A program made the translations under genes and the position numbers. From an uncultured Oscillibacter sp. (lineage in GTDB: Bacteria; Bacillota; Clostridia; Oscillospirales; Oscillospiraceae), in the NCBI GenBank assembly GCA_946494635.1, contig CAMMCS010000001.1, positions 1 to 50,561 of the forward strand: DNA of 50,561 nucleotides. Direction: 5' to 3'. The notes below the pieces were generated by a model. The model did not search any database. It worked only from the letters and a program-made list of their open reading frames with translations, and was not told the DNA's origin. Below, piece after piece: positions 49,696-50,561 of the stretch. Position 1 is the stretch's first letter. Each line of letters opens with the position of its first letter.

Positions 49696-50500
49696 GGTCC
49701 TTCTGCTCCTCCTGCTTCCAGGTGAAACGTTCGCCGCAGAGCGGGATGAACAGCAGCTTGGTCTCGCCGAAGTCGATCAGGTCATAGGCCTGCAGCGGTG
49801 TGGCGGAGAATACTTCCTCGCCGTTGAGATAGATGATATTCCGCCCGTCCCCCGGCAGCAGGTTGAACCGGTTGTTCCGGTCGCTGTAGCTGATCTTGGC
49901 GTGATTTTCCATGGAGATGGTCCGGTCGCCGGTGATGGTGATATCCATTCGGTCGCCCCGGCCGATGGCGTTGATGCCGCCCCGGATGGTATAGCTCTTG
50001 CCCCGGCTGGGGCCCTCCACACAGGCCAGCCATCCCACCACCGGGTCGAAGCCCATCTTCTCCTGCATCATGCCCACGGTCTTGCCGGCATCCAGGACGC
50101 TGGGGCCGTGAAACTTAGGCGGCGCGGTGGGCTCCGGCGCCTCAGGGGGGATGGGGGCGGGCGGCGCATAGCCTCTGGGGGGCATGGTCTTCTGGGGGGC
50201 GGTCACCGGGATGGAGCCCTGAGGCGCGTAGCCCTTGGGCGGCATGGTCTTGGAGTCCGCCGTTACTGGGATGGCGCCCGCGGGAGCGGAGGGCTGCTGC
50301 GGCGTGAGGGGCGCCGTCTTTTGCTCCGCTGTCACCGGCACGGCGGAGAGAGGCGCGGTGCGGCCCGCGTCCGTCACCCGGATGGGGGCGGTGCGGCCCG
50401 CGGCCGCCACGGTGATCTGCTGGTTGTTCTTGCAATAGGGACAGGTGGGGTATTTCTCCGGGTCATAGAGATGCCCCCGCCCGCATTCGATCTGGGCCAT
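49682..50500 (-). CDS. N-terminal Zn-ribbon + Pro/Thr-rich repeats + FHA domain protein
   Basis: CGRGHLYD..KYPTCPYC; repeated VT-x3-[RK]T[AM]P; PVVGWL, IGRG..ISMENHA..YLNG. Confidence 0.88.
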   Translation of the reverse strand: MAQIECGRGHLYDPEKYPTCPYCKNNQQITVAAAGRTAPIRVTDAGRTAPLSAVPVTAEQKTAPLTPQQPSAPAGAIPVTADSKTMPPKGYAPQGSIPVTAPQKTMPPRGYAPPAPIPPEAPEPTAPPKFHGPSVLDAGKTVGMMQEKMGFDPVVGWLACVEGPSRGKSYTIRGGINAIGRGDRMDITITGDRTISMENHAKISYSDRNNRFNLLPGDGRNIIYLNGEEVFSATPLQAYDLIDFGETKLLFIPLCGERFTWKQEEQKDHGDV

Positions 50501-50534
50501 TTGGGATTCCTCCTATTACAATAAATTTGGACAG

Positions 50535-50561
50535 GAAAGCCGGGCAGCCAGTCCGGCTTTC
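50535..50561. other. 9-bp hairpin upstream of the FHA operon
   Basis: gaaagccgg ... ccggctttc at the window edge. Confidence 0.4.

Noticed and set aside
45440-50500. Type VI or type VII secretion accessory locus (Fha/PppA/vWA)
   Set aside because: No structural T6SS genes, EssC-type ATPase or WXG100 genes in the window, and the host appears to be a monoderm; genes beyond the edge cannot be excluded
1-50561. CRISPR array, rRNA, tRNA, intact integrase or transposase
   Set aside because: No regularly spaced direct repeats, structural RNA signatures or intact recombinase ORFs seen by eye

Overview
High-GC Firmicute chromosomal window, most like gut Oscillospiraceae/Clostridia (inferred from gene style and sigma-A/CIRCE signals). 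Left to right: (1) a LacI-associated Fe3+/sugar-phosphate-type ABC operon with a ComEC-like metallo-hydrolase, whose first gene has a ~790-bp non-autonomous element inserted exactly at its start codon; (2) TetR plus a heterodimeric multidrug ABC exporter, an LPG-synthase TM protein, CIRCE-controlled Hsp20 and an AdhR-like MerR stress module; (3) a decayed array of putative immunity genes and an IS3 remnant; (4) a ~14-kb AT-richer catabolic island (Liv-type ABC transporter, ketose 3-epimerase, FGGY kinase, class II aldolase, Zn dehydrogenase, DeoR, CaiB CoA-transferase, two crotonase paralogues) preceded by two inverted, diverged copies of a ~90-nt hairpin element; (5) an ECF-sigma/ABC operon with three lesions; (6) a regulator/peptidase T-like/transporter/gamma-glutamyltransferase/ChrA-pair cluster; (7) a minus-strand operon with three FHA proteins (a membrane-anchored trypsin-FHA, a vWA-FHA and a Zn-ribbon/Thr-repeat FHA) and two PP2C phosphatases, the best candidate here for an undescribed phosphothreonine signalling system. 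No rRNA, tRNA or CRISPR array was seen. Family assignments come from motif recognition only, with no database search.
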